Source: Octopus vulgaris (taxonomy: Eukaryota). From it: a DNA stretch of 64,000 nt. A model generated the notes under the pieces. It ran no database searches and had not been told where the DNA came from. It worked only from the letters and a program-made list of their open reading frames with translations. The position numbers were made by a program, and so were the translations under genes. Below, piece after piece: positions 39,690-51,880 of this stretch. Location of the stretch: contig OX597829.1 of the NCBI GenBank assembly GCA_951406725.2, forward strand, positions 51,212,001-51,276,000, read 5' to 3'. Every line of letters begins with the position of its first letter. The first letter of the stretch is position 1.

Positions 39690-39865
39690 CTTGCTTCAGT
39701 CATTTGACTGTGGCCATGCTGGAGCACCGTCTTTAATCGAGCAAATCAACCCCAGGACTTATTCTATCGGTCTCTTTTGCCGAACCGCTAAGTTACGGGG
39801 ACGTAAATACACCAGCATCGGTTGTCAAGTGATGGTGCGGGAACAAACACAGACACAAATAACAA

Positions 39866-39902
<37 letters not shown>

Positions 39903-40235
39903 CGGCAGGCTTCTTTCAGTTTCTGTCTACCAAATCTACTCACAAGGCTTTGGTTGGTCCAAGGCTATAGTAGAAGACACTCACCCAAGGTGCCATGCAG
40001 TGGAACTGAACCCGGAACCATGTGGTTGGTTAGCAAGCTACTAACCACACAGCCACTCATATAATATATTGCTTATGTAACAGGTGTGGCTGTGTGGTTA
40101 AGAGGTTTGCTTCCCAACCACATGGTTCCAGGTTCAGTTCCACTGCGTGGCACCTTGGGCAAGTGTCTTCTAATGTAATTTCTGGCCAACCAAACCTTTG
40201 TAAATGGATTTGGTAGATGGAAAATGAAAGAAGCC
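39690..40235. mobile_element. Head-to-head family A SINEs (39690-40060 -, 40080-40235 +)
   Basis: Inverted heads about 20 bp apart. Confidence 0.8.
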
Positions 40236-40619
40236 CAGGCACCCATGCCAGTGGCACATAAAAAGCACCGATTACACTCTTGGAGTGGTGACATTAGGAA
40301 GGGCATCCAGCCATAGAAACCAAGGCTGGAACCTGATGCAACTCTCCGACTTACCAGTTCCAGTCAAACAGTCTAACCCATGATGATGATAGGTATACAT
40401 GTACAGGTATGGAGGGGCGAGCGGGAAAAAATAGAACTCAAAACATGAGTATATGTATGTTTTTATGAATATTTAGCAGAAGCAATAGAGTGACTCAAAG
40501 TCCGAGAGTTTTGTGTGTAGCCACTTATCAAACTGTTTGGTAAGTGCCAATGCATGAAACTCTTGGACTTTGAATCACTGTTACTTTTGCTAAATATTAA
40601 TAAAAACGTATGTGTGTTT

Positions 40620-40994
40620 GAATCAGAATCAAAATCGAAATCGATCAACATCAATGGAAATTGTAGCTGTGATAACAGTGCCGGTGGCACGTAAGCAAAC
40701 CATCCGAACGTAGCTGTTGCCAGCCCCACCCCGACGGGCCCCCATGCCGGTGGCACGTAAAAAGCACCATCCGATCGTGGCCGTTTGCCAGCCCCATCTG
40801 GCACCCGTGTCGGTGGCACGTAAAAAGCACCCACTGCACTCACAGAGTGGTTGGCGTTAGGAAGGGCATCCAGCTGTAGAAACACTGCCAGATCAGATTG
40901 GAGCCTGGTGCAGCCTCCTGGCTTCCCAGACCCCGGTCGAACCGTCCAACACATGCTAGCATGGAAAGCGGACGCTAAATGATGATGATGATGA
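40620..40994 (+). mobile_element. RTE 3' UTR copy
   Basis: Three tandem units, the RTE tail and (GAT)n. Confidence 0.8.
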
Positions 40995-41479
40995 TATGTG
41001 TGTGTGTCTTTGTGTTTGTCCCTTGTGGTTTGTCACTTTGTGTTAATGTGTTTACATCCCCATAACTTAGCAGTCTGGCAAAAAAGACCAACAGAATAAG
41101 TACCAGGCTTTAGAAAATAAGAACTGGGGTTAATTCATTTGTCTAAAACTTTTCAAGGCCATGCCCCCCACCCACCCCACATGACTGCAGTTTAACTGAG
41201 ATCTCGTCAACACAACCAGTTATGTCGGCAATGCTAATTACACACACACACATACACATTTCTTTTAACTGTGAAACTCAAAAGTAGACAAAGCTATAAT
41301 AAAAAATAAAAAAAAAAAAGCTTGCAAATATTGGCTTAAAGTGAAAGGCTGCCCAGCTTTATCTACTTTGAGTCCAGCCTTAGAAAAAAGAAAAGAACAA
41401 AAGAAATTATAATTTTTGATCTTTTCTGTCGCAGCCTCTCCGATTTTGAAATTAAGTAAAAAATTTCAGATTTCAGTAT

Positions 41480-41691
41480 ACTCTTACTCTTTCACTTGTT
41501 TCAGTCCTTTGATTGCGGCCATGCTGGAGCACCGCCTTTAGTCGAGCAAATCGACCCCAGGACTTATTCCTTGTAAGCCTAGTACTTATTCTATCGGTCT
41601 CTTTTGCTGAACCGCTAAGTGACGGGGACATAAACACACCAGCATCGGTTGTCAAGCAATACTAGGGGGACAAACACAGACACACAAACAT

Positions 41692-41734
<43 letters not shown>

Positions 41735-41898
41735 CGATGGGCTTCTTTCAGTTTCCGTCTACCAAATCTACTCACAAGGCTTTGGTCGGCCCAAGGGTAT
41801 AGTAGAAGACACTTGCCCAAGATGCCACACAGTGGGACTGAACCCAGAACCATGTGGTTGGTAAGCAAGCTACTTACCACACAGCCACTCCTGCACCT
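41480..41898 (-). mobile_element. tRNA-derived SINE family A
   Basis: Full-length reverse copy. Confidence 0.9.
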
Positions 41899-42646
41899 AT
41901 ATTCGTGTAATTTTTCATGCTGAATCCGATTCTGTGATTCATTTATTCCAGAAAAGTTTTTAGAAAATTGGTACATTTTTTTTTTTTTTTAATAGAAAGC
42001 TGACAACAGATCCATAGTTTTCTGTAGAATTTTAACTTAATTTTATCATTATTAATACATCTAAGATACTGTCTACTATCATCTTGTCTCCTTTCGGTAT
42101 TTGCATATGTGTGCCTATTCAGACAGATAAGGAGTGGGGGGAAAAGCAGATTTTGTGATTACTTTTAATGTAGCAACAGGCCCAACTACAAAGTCGAACC
42201 GGAAGTTTATAATCCGTCTCCCTGAGTTAGCGAATGTCAATTACAAAACTAACATATGATGATGATGATGGTGGAGGCCTTGAAGAAAAAGAGAATGAGA
42301 TACCATCATCTGTTGTTGCCTGAGTATTTAACCATAAACTTAAAAGCAATGTGAGAAGTAGTCCGTATGAATTGTTTTATAATAAATACTCTGCTTAGTT
42401 ATTGAGTTATCTTTTCATAATTTAACCATGTCAATTTTGATGACATACATACAGTTGCACACATGCATGTATGTGTATGGCGCAGGCGTGGCTGTATGGT
42501 AATTAGCTTGCTTACCAACTACATGGTTCCAGGTTCAGTCCCACTGCATAAGCATCTTGGGGGAAGTGTCGTCTTCTTCTTTAGCCTCGGGATAACCAAA
42601 GTCTTGTGAGTGAGTTTGAGAGGCGGGACCTTAAAAGAAGCGTGTC

Positions 42647-42682
<36 letters not shown>

Positions 42683-42767
42683 GGTCCACTTGTTAGACTA
42701 AAAGCAGTGCTCCAGCATGGCCGCAGTCAAATGACTGAAACAAGTAAAAGAATATATATCGGACTTA

Positions 42768-42827
42768 AGAGTCCGGCGAGCCTTCTATAAAGTTAAGTGC
42801 ATATAGGTGCGAAACATTGGTCACTCT
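42768..42827 (+). ncRNA. Type I hammerhead-like motif with a mutated core, between (TA)n tracts
   Basis: AGAGU-CCGGCGA-GC..CUAUA..UAUAG..GC-GAAA-C(AUUG)G-UC-ACUCU: 5-bp stem I and a GUC triplet. The core deviates at U4 and A6. Confidence 0.55.
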
Positions 42828-42861
42828 CTGACCGGCCATATATATATATGTATGTATGTAT

Positions 42862-43060
42862 AAAAATACAAACTGGGACAAGAACGCAAAACATTTAGGA
42901 GACGATACAAAAAGCACGGACGGGACATTCGAAGCCTTCAATCTTCAGTCAAGAACCGGATCATCCTCGCAATTTCAGCTGATTAATCTTGATTTTATAT
43001 ATATATATATATATAATATATATATATATATATAATCTTGACTACCGAGTAATGTAACAT

Positions 43061-43115
<55 letters not shown>

Positions 43116-43253
43116 TATTAGTAGAAGACAGCTGCTTACCACCACACAGCCACTCCTGCGCCTTGTTTCGTTGTATCGTCCATCTGGATGTTTTGTTGTC
43201 CCTTTTTTGTATCACCTAACTGTCTGGATGTTTTGCGTTCTTGTCCCATTTTG

Positions 43254-43259
<6 letters not shown>
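42862..43259. mobile_element. Inverted-repeat element with hammerhead core motifs, copy 2, disrupted by (TA)n
   Basis: AAAATACAAACTGGGACAAGAACGCAAAACAT pairs with ATGTTTTGCGTTCTTGTCCCATTTTGTATTTT. 42918-42992 is the reverse-complement homologue of 27347-27421. Confidence 0.6.
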
Positions 43260-43309
<50 letters not shown>

Positions 43310-43337
43310 CGGCGTGCGTTCACTTTAGTCTCTTATA

Positions 43338-43632
43338 TCTTTATATATAAAAGAGGTTGTGTGTCTGTCTCCTTCGATTTAGATTCCTAACTACTCCCAC
43401 ATTTTGCGGTGCAGTTTAACCAAATTCGGGTATCTTATAGTCGTGATTCATATCGAGCCCTTCTGGGTATTAGCGCGCGTCTACGATGAGTCTACGATTT
43501 AAAAAAAAAATTTAACATCATTTTTTTCCATTTTTAATGCATTTTTTGCTATTTTTTTGGCTATAACTCTCTAAAAATGCTTTTATAGTTATTTCCCTTA
43601 CAAACCCAAGCAACGCCGGGCGATACTGCTAG
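43338..43632 (+). mobile_element. Non-autonomous Helitron, copy 1
   Basis: A|TC 5' end, subterminal GC hairpin CCCAAGCAACGCCGGG, CTAG|T 3' end, no TSD. Confidence 0.8.
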
Positions 43633-44436
43633 TGATAATATAAAGTGTGTCTAATAGTTTTATGCTACTTGAACAGGCATAAAATACGCCGTGTATCTAA
43701 AAGGATGTAAGATTGCTTTAATGTACATGGCGTATTTTATAAATACGCCTGTTCAAGTATCGTAAAACCATGGAATTATTAGCTCTTTCGGTTGTGTATT
43801 AAATTGGTATTTATCTATAACTGGAGTACCTTTTTTTTTATTCTATCTCTATTAGATCCATAATCTCTCTCTCTCTTTATATATATATAGAGGGTGAAAT
43901 ATAATTAATTTAATAAAATTAATAAATTTCACCTAGTAGTCTTTCGGTATGGAAAGGACCATAACCTATTTGGCTGCTATTTCTAATATTTTCGGTATGT
44001 GGTTTAAGCAACTTGTTGCAAATGACCCTTTATTATAATTGTGTGTGCGTGTGTGTATAAATATGGGCTTGATTTAATAATGCAGATAAAACAACAGGAT
44101 CCGCCGGGTACATGGAGATATTCTGCGTCAGCAAAACGTAATAATGCATAATTTTTGTCCCACCGTTTGAGCTCGTTTTTTAAACTAAATTTTATATCCG
44201 TAAAAACGCAACAAAGTCTGTTTTGTGTCTATTAAAAACATTCACAGCTGTCGAAAAAATAGTTTTTTGTTGTGCTATTTAAACAATACAAAGTATTTTT
44301 CGATTTCTTCTTGCTCAATATAAAGATGCGTTGTTTGGTAAAGTGGTGTTTTTTTTTAAATATAAATGCTGCCTTGTTTCAAATTCACACCGGTCCTTAT
44401 TGTTTAGCCCATGTTAATTCCGATTTTATTAACCTG

Positions 44437-44738
44437 CTAGCAGTATCGCCCGGCGTGCTCGGGTTTGTAAGGGAAATAACTATATAGGCATTTTCAGAGA
44501 GTTATAGCCAAAATATAGCAAAAAAAAAATGCATTAAAAATGGAAAACGGTAAATGATGGTAAATTTTTTTATAAATCGTAGACTCATCGTAGACGCGCG
44601 CTAATACCCAGAAGGGCTCGATATGAATCACGACTATAAGATACCCAGTTTTTGTTAAACTGCACCGCAAAATGTGGGAGTAGTTAGGAATCTAAATCGT
44701 AGGAGACAGACACACAACTTCACTTTTATATATAAAGA
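44437..44738 (-). mobile_element. Non-autonomous Helitron, copy 2 (inverted)
   Basis: Near-identical reverse complement of 43338-43632. Confidence 0.8.
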
Positions 44739-44948
44739 TATGTGAGATTTAGCTACGGTTTTTAGCAAGTCGAACGACTTCGTAGAGGCTCCATCGTTTC
44801 GCTCCCATAATGACCATTTATTAGTATTTAAGTACTAGATAATCATGGACTGTTCAGGAGACCCTTATTTTTATTTTGCCTTGCTTTAGGGGATTCAAGA
44901 TACGTCCAGACAAAAAACTTATAAACGTTTATACACGACCTCCTAGAT

Positions 44949-45546
44949 CAGTGGCTCTCAACCGGGGTCCATTTAAGATTTTGTTGTTAAAAATTTATCT
45001 GCAATAAACTTGTTACAATTTCTAAAAATATAATACTCTTTACTCTTCTACTTGTTTCAGTCATTTGACTGTGGCCATACTGGAGCACCGCCTTTAGTCG
45101 AGCAAATCGACCCCAGGACTTATTCTTTGTAAGCCCAGTACTTATTCTATCGGTCTCTTTTGCCGAATCGCTAAGTTACGGGTACGTAAACACACCAGCA
45201 TCGGTTGTCAAGCGATGTTGGGGGGACAAACACAGAGACACAAACATACACACACACACATATACATATATACGACAGGCTTCTTTCAGTTTCCGTCTAC
45301 CAAATCCACTCACAAGGCTTTGGTCGGCCCGAGGCTATAGTAGAAGACACTTGCCCAAGATGCCACGCAGTGGGACTGAACCCGGAACCATGTGGCTCGT
45401 AAGCAAGCTACTTACCACACAGTCACTCCTACGCCTATAATAGGAGTTTTTTTTTTTTTACACATCGAATAACTGTGGAGGTCCATCTGCGTAAAACAGG
45501 AATCAAAGAGGTCCGAGGGTTAAAAAGAAATGGTTGAGAAGCACTG
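44949..45546. mobile_element. hAT (Charlie-like) MITE carrying a family A SINE (45035-45437, -)
   Basis: TIRs CAGTGGCTCTCAACC / GGTTGAGAAGCACTG and an 8-bp TSD TCCTAGAT / GTCTAGAT. Confidence 0.8.
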
Positions 45547-45940
45547 GTCTAGATTGTAGCGGTTGAGCAACCGTTTGCTGTGTTTCTTAAGTTTCGGGTT
45601 TCAGTAAAACTTGATTGATTGACATTTTGCCTTATCAAGGCCCGTCACTCGCAATTGACTGCCCTGAAAAACAAACCCTACGACAATAGCAGTAACAAGT
45701 CTATGCAAGATGTATCAATTTTACGCCACAGTTTAAAAATACTGTTGCCATTGGTTACAAGTTTCTCAGCAGGTCAATCAATCTCTACTAGTTCATTGCA
45801 CTTCTAATGGCCAGAGTAAACACACACACACACAAACCATGGACAACGAATGGTGGGAAAGGTTTCGCTTTTAAAGGACTAGCTTTTTGGTTTGGTTTTC
45901 GACGATTGTATCTTTCATTAGAAGATAAGTGCAGTAGGGG

Positions 45941-46063
45941 GGATCTTTTCCGTTTAAACGGCACATGTCAACACAATTTCTAGTTAACTAAACACTTTAA
46001 AACTTCAAGTGTTTTAGTTAACTAGAAATTGTGTTGACACGTGCCGTTCAAAAGGAAAAGATC
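45941..46063. repeat. Foldback hairpin / collapsed MITE (~57-bp arms)
   Basis: GATCTTTTCC...CTAAACACTT is the near-perfect reverse complement of AAGTGTTTTAG...GGAAAAGATC. Confidence 0.85.
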
Positions 46064-46088
46064 TCAGTAGGGTCTTAAATATGTACCT

Positions 46089-46308
46089 ATTTCTTTATTA
46101 CCCACAAGGGGATAAACATAGAGGGGACAAACAAAGACAGACATAGGTATTAAGTCGATTGCATCGACCCCTGTGCGTAATTGGTACTTATTTAATCGAC
46201 CCCCGAAAGGATGAAAGGCAAAGTCGACCTCGGCGGAATTTGAACTCAGAACGTAGCGCCAGACGAAATACCGCTAAGCATTTCGCCCGGTGTGCTAACG
46301 TTTCTGCC
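46089..46308 (-). mobile_element. SINE family B
   Basis: Near-identical to 16478-16708 and 48873-49100. Confidence 0.85.
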
Positions 46309-46324
46309 ACACACGTGTGTTATA

Positions 46325-46744
46325 CAGTTCTGGACCAAATGTCCGGCAAGCTTTTAGACCGGAAGTGTCCCAGATTTCTGGGTTTTCCAATTCTTCTGAT
46401 GACAACCTAAATACATACTTTAAAATATATAAACTATGAAAAATAAAGAGCTAAATTGTAATTAATAGTTTCAAATTGATACGCTTCTAAAGCCGGATCC
46501 ATTTGATATTTATTATTTCACTTTAAATATACTTATACTGTACCATGTATACCCTTACTCTTTCTTTTACTCTTTTACTTGTTTCAGTCATTTGACTGCG
46601 GCCATGCTGGAGAACCACCTTTAATCGAGCAACTCGACCACAGGACTTGTTCTATCAGTCTCTTTTGCCGAACCGCTAAGTGACGGGGACATAAACACAC
46701 CAGCATCGGTTGTCAAGCAATGCTAGGGGGACAAACACAAACAC

Positions 46745-46788
<44 letters not shown>

Positions 46789-47230
46789 GACGGGCTTCTT
46801 TCAGTTTCCGTCTACCAAATCCACTCACAAGGCTTTGGTCGGCCCGAGGCTATAGTAGAAGACACTTGCCCAAGGTGCCACGCAGTGGGACTGAACCCGG
46901 AACCATGTGGTTGGTAAACAACCTACTTACCACACAGCCACTCCTGCGCCTACACACACTCATATATCATCATCTGTATAATGTTTTTAGGTGGAAAATT
47001 AAATGAAGAGAAGTAAAGAACATGACTTTAACAGAAACGGGTACAAATTAATACGCTTCTAAATCTTTATCAATTTACTTTTAAAAAAATGTAAAGAACA
47101 AAACTATTTTTAACATACTTCTTGCAAATTAACCAACTTCTAAAATGGAATGTTTACTTAATACAAGATAGACTATATTGCACAACATTGTACCGGATTT
47201 CGGGAAACCGGATAAGGGGTCCGTTACTTG
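46325..47230. mobile_element. Decayed Tigger/pogo-like MITE carrying a family A SINE (46553-46951, -)
   Basis: TA-flanked imperfect inverted ends CAGTTCTGGACC..TCCGG / CCGGATAAGGGGTCCGTTACTTG with CCGGA subterminal repeats. Confidence 0.45.
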
Positions 47231-47918
47231 TACTGGGAATTGTAAAACTTCGCCAAATTGAAAATATACAAGATGGAAGGAAGTTTTTGCCTACTAAATG
47301 CTTAGATAAATCTCAGTTGATTGGTTGTCAACTTCTGACATGTGTTTGACATGCAGAACGGTCTCTTCTGAATACATTTCCCTCACCTGTATCGTTTGAT
47401 ATTTACTGCAATTAGCGTCAGTCTATTTGTATATATGGTTGATGACTGACCCTTTCATTACTGTATTTATTTTGAGGTGCTCTGTGTTTCTTTCAATTAT
47501 TTAAAATATAACAAAGAATTTAGTAAAATAACTTAGTTGTCATTCAGCTAGTGTTGGGAACATAAATTGTGACTAAGGTTTGGTGGAATATTTTAATTCA
47601 AAACTTATGAAAACGAGACATTTTACCACTGAGCCAGAGCCGAGTTAGTAACAAAAGGGTTAATCTTATCAACTTCGTAGAATATGTTTCACTGAAAAAT
47701 CTGCGTAGTCCAAAACACTCATGAACAATCTGCGGTTCACGGTACCTTCTATACAGCACGCCCAACAACAACAAAAAAATGACCCTTAACTTTTTTAATA
47801 GTACCTAAGGATGAACCATGTTTCATGCGACCCGCTTCTCGAAAAAAAAACCCGTTACCCTGGTTCTGTCTAAAAATCCCGACTTTCTCATTGAAGTTAT
47901 CTCACTTGTTTAATCTTA

Positions 47919-48007
<89 letters not shown>

Positions 48008-48872
48008 GTGAAATTTCTTTCATTATTGTTTGAAATTGCAAAATCGATTTTTCATCTTTTTAATTCCTCTTTCTTCGCCCAAATATTTGACCAGCTTAAA
48101 CATTTGTAAAACCACCTAAACATGGTAATTTGTCCTTTTCAACTTTCATAGGAGCCCTTTCCCACCTATAAGAAATACTGCCGTAGAATATTGATCCTTA
48201 GACTCACAAGTACCAGTCCCGTCGGCTTCTCTCAACGCTACAAAAAACACATTAGAGAAATTTTGAGGATTCCCCACTCTTTATTAATTCTGTAGCATTT
48301 AAACCGGCTAAATCAGGCCCAGATATTCTACTTGCTTTATGTCCAAACAGGACATATCTGGTCACTCACACCTACCTTAAAGCTACAAGATAATCCATGA
48401 TTAATTGAAAACAATATTAATAATAAATGAGCGTTACGTTTGATAAGGTAACCAGAATACTAAAAGGTTAATTAATTGACAAAAGAACGACAAGCTGCTA
48501 GAATCATTAGCACATCGATAAAAATGTTTAGCGGTATTTCTTTTGGTCAACTTTACCTTTTATCCTTTTGGGGACAAGCACCAGTCAAGTATAAAATTTG
48601 ATGTAATTTGATTGTCCCGCCACCACTAAGAAGTACCTGAAGATTGCTAAAATTAGAACAAATGCAAAGATAAAATAGAGTTTGCATCAATGTAATTCTT
48701 ATCCGATAAGCTTAAGTAAGAAGGTTAAAACTCGTTGTTAAGTTAAATGTGTCTCCTTTTAAATATTCACAACACTCTTCAGTTTGAGCGAGATCTACAG
48801 GGTGCTTTTATATTCTAATTGCATGTATGATTTCACAGTTTATTGACATTTTCTTTTTGTCTTACATATATA

Positions 48873-49100
48873 TCTCTTCACTGCCCACAACGGGCTAAAC
48901 ATAGAGGGGACAAACAAGGACAGACAAAGGGATTAAGTCGATTACATCGACCCCAGTGCGAAACTGGTACTTAATTTATCGACCCCGAAAGGATGAAAGG
49001 CAGAGTCGACCTCGGCGGAATTTGAACTCGGAACGTAGCGCCAGATGAAATACGACTACGCATTTCGGCCGGCGTGCTAACGTTTCTGCCATCTCGCCTT
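48873..49100 (-). mobile_element. SINE family B
   Basis: Full-length reverse copy. Confidence 0.85.
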
Positions 49101-49222
49101 ACATATATTTAACCTTATTGTGTTTATATTTAAAAATGAAGAAAGCTTCCCTGAGATATTTTCTCTCGGCTTAAAGAGCCATGGGCAGCCGAAGTTAATG
49201 CAGCATTCAGTTGTTGTTTTGT

Positions 49223-49267
<45 letters not shown>

Positions 49268-49277
49268 GTGTGTGTGA

Positions 49278-49610
49278 AGAGCATGGCTCAGTGGTTAGAG
49301 CGTCGAGCTTACGATCGTGAGGTTGTGAGCTCGAATCCCGGACCGGGCTGCGTGTTGTGTTCTTGAGCAAGGCACTTTATTTCACGTTGCTCCAGTTCAC
49401 TCAACTGTAGAAATGAGTTGCGACGTCACTGGTGCCAAGCTGTATCGACCTTTGTCTTTCCCTTGGATAGCACTGGTGGCGTGGAGAGGGGAGGATGGTA
49501 TGCATGGGCGACTGCTGGTCTTCCATAAACAACCTTGCCCGGACTTGTGTCTAGGAGGGTAACTTTCTAGGTGCAATCCCATGGTCATTCATGACCGAAG
49601 GGGGTCTTTA
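49278..49610 (+). mobile_element. tRNA-derived SINE family C (CORE-like)
   Basis: TGGCTCAGTGG A box, GCTCGAATCCC B box, and CTTGAGCAAGGCACTT central motif. Related copies at ~20435, ~37858 and ~57075. Confidence 0.8.
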
Positions 49611-50340
49611 TATATATATATGCACACATCAAATCAACATGACGAAATGCATTCCACCCCTGACCATCTCGTCTCGGTACATTTAGGGCCAAATTGTACA
49701 ATTAGGATAAAGTTTGTGTTTATTGTGTTTAACGCTCTGATTTCCCGCCAAAGCATCGAAGCGAATGTCGGCAGCGAATCAAGATTGTTTACAAATGTGT
49801 AAATGCTTGTTGTTGAAGTGTCAGACGAGGTCGTTGTAAATGTGTTGTGTTAGATGTGTCAAGGGAAAGAACTCTATTTTGAACATTCAAGTGAGCTCCC
49901 TTGCGCTGTCTCTATGTGGTACATGTGTGTGTGTGTGTGTGTGTATTTTTGTTCGTTTTTTTTTTTTTAAGAAAAAAGAAAGACCCTTCTATTCTGTTCG
50001 GGTTTGGTGTAAAGAAAAATCTTTGTTCTCCAAGAGATGTGTTGGAAGAGAAAGGGCCAAGACGACATGAGGCGATGTACACTGAGCCTTACGATGGAGA
50101 GATCAGTGTCTCCGCAATAAAAATGGAATTCTAATACGAAGGTGCCATGTAGAAAGCACCCGGTACACTGTAGAATTGTTGGTGTTAGGAAGTGTATCGA
50201 GGTGTAGAAACCACGCCAAAAGAGACTATGGAATTTGGTGTGGCTCCTGTCAAGCCGTCGAACCCATGACATGGGAAACGGACGTTGAATGTAAATGATG
50301 GTGATGATAATTTGTCATGACTGTAGAAAAAGTAAAAGTA

Positions 50341-51420
50341 CAGGGTTTGGACAAAATAATGGAAATTATTTGGCAGTAATTACAGCTTGAATTCTATGAG
50401 GTATGGACTCGTACAAAGTTTGAATTGTTTCCAAAGGAATTTTTGTCCATTCTTCAGCTAAAACACTCTCCAGTTCTTGTAGTGATGATGGTGGAGGATA
50501 TCAACTCCTTACTTGTTTTTCTAAAATGCATCATAAATATTCAATGATATTGAGATCTGGGGACTGTGGTGGCCAGAGAAGATGTTCAGCTTCACTAGAA
50601 TGTTCCTTGTGCCATTCAGTAACAACTTTAGCTGTGTGAATTGGTGCATTATCATCCTGAAAGATTGTGTTTCCCTCCAGAAACAGTTCCACAACCATAA
50701 GATGAATTTGATCAGATAAAATTCTTAAATAGTCTTGACTATTAATTCTGCTCCACATTTAATAAGCAGTCTGGCTCAAATGCTTCTTTTGGCTGTCTCC
50801 ACATGTAGACTCAGCCAGCGGTCGGAAATAAGGCAAAGGATGACTCATCCAAGGAAATAACATTCTTCCACTGTTCTTGGGACCAATTCTGTAGGTTTTT
50901 ACTCCACTCTAAACACTTTGCAACATTTATTTTTGAAAGTAGTAGTTTTCTGATTGCAGGCCTCCCATGAAATCTGGCTTTGTGCTGCTCCTGGGTTCTC
51001 GAGGTGGTCATTAAGCTCTGCAGTAATTTTGGGAGCTGTACTTTCATGATCCTTTCTAACAATTCACGTAAGAGTCCGACAGTCCCTATCTTAGTTTTCT
51101 TAGTTTTCTTCTGGAGTTTTGTTTTGATGAGGAGGATCTCCCTCTTTCTCAAAGGCTGTCTTTACTTTCGAGACAGTTCTTCTTGATACACCAAACATTT
51201 CAGCTGTTTTCATTACAAGCACCAACAATTTGACCTCTTTGAAAGTCCATTAGATTACCTTTTTCTAATGATATCTAAAAGGGAACAGCAATTTTAGCAA
51301 AATATATTAAGCAACACTTATAATAAATCAAAAAACATAAAAGTAAACAAGCTTTTGATGGTTTTATAGATATTTCAAAATTATGATGCTAGGTGTTTCC
51401 ATTATTTTGTCCAATCTTTG
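50341..51420 (-). mobile_element. Tc1-like DNA transposon, defective, DD36E spacing
   Basis: TA TSD and 25-bp TIRs CAGGGTTTGGACAAAATAATGGAAA / TTTCCATTATTTTGTCCAATCTTTG. Transposase remnants WKNVISLDES and FQDDNAPIH...WPPQSPDLNIIE. Confidence 0.92.
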
Positions 51421-51679
51421 TACATCTTGAATTTGGTTTCAAGGTTGAAATTAGAAAATTAAAGTCTAGCAAGACTACATACTTTGGGTTATTAGAAGGC
51501 AGTGAGCTGGCAGTCACTAGCATGCCAAGCAAAATGCTTAACGGTATTCTGGTTTCAAATTCTACCAAGGTCGATGAATTAAGTACCAGTTGAAAACCGG
51601 GGTCAATGTAACCAACTTAAGCCCTATCCCAAAATTTCAAGCTTTGTGTCTTTAGTAGAAAACATTATTATTATTGTTA

Positions 51680-51880
51680 CTATTACCTCTGCCTTAGCAA
51701 ATGCGGAGGTATTGTTTTCAGTCGTGTTTGTTTCTTTGTCCATGGACAAGATATCTCAAGAACCACAGGATGGATTTGGATGAAACTTTCAGAGATGTTT
51801 GGCCTCATGACTGACGCGAAATGATTAGATTTTGGGATCATTGCAGTACCGGACAAGGCTTCTGAACTATTTGTTATATT
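51680..51880 (+). mobile_element. Helentron/DINE-1-like non-autonomous fragment
   Basis: TATTACCTCTGCC..GCGGAGGTATTG inverted motif, short TGTT microsatellite, then GGATTTGGATGAAACTT. Recognised from memory. Confidence 0.5.

Noticed and set aside
49278-49350. tRNA-like sequence, also at 30405-30480 and the family A heads
   Set aside because: A and B boxes continue into SINE bodies, with no proper acceptor stem or terminator. These are SINE heads, not tRNA genes.
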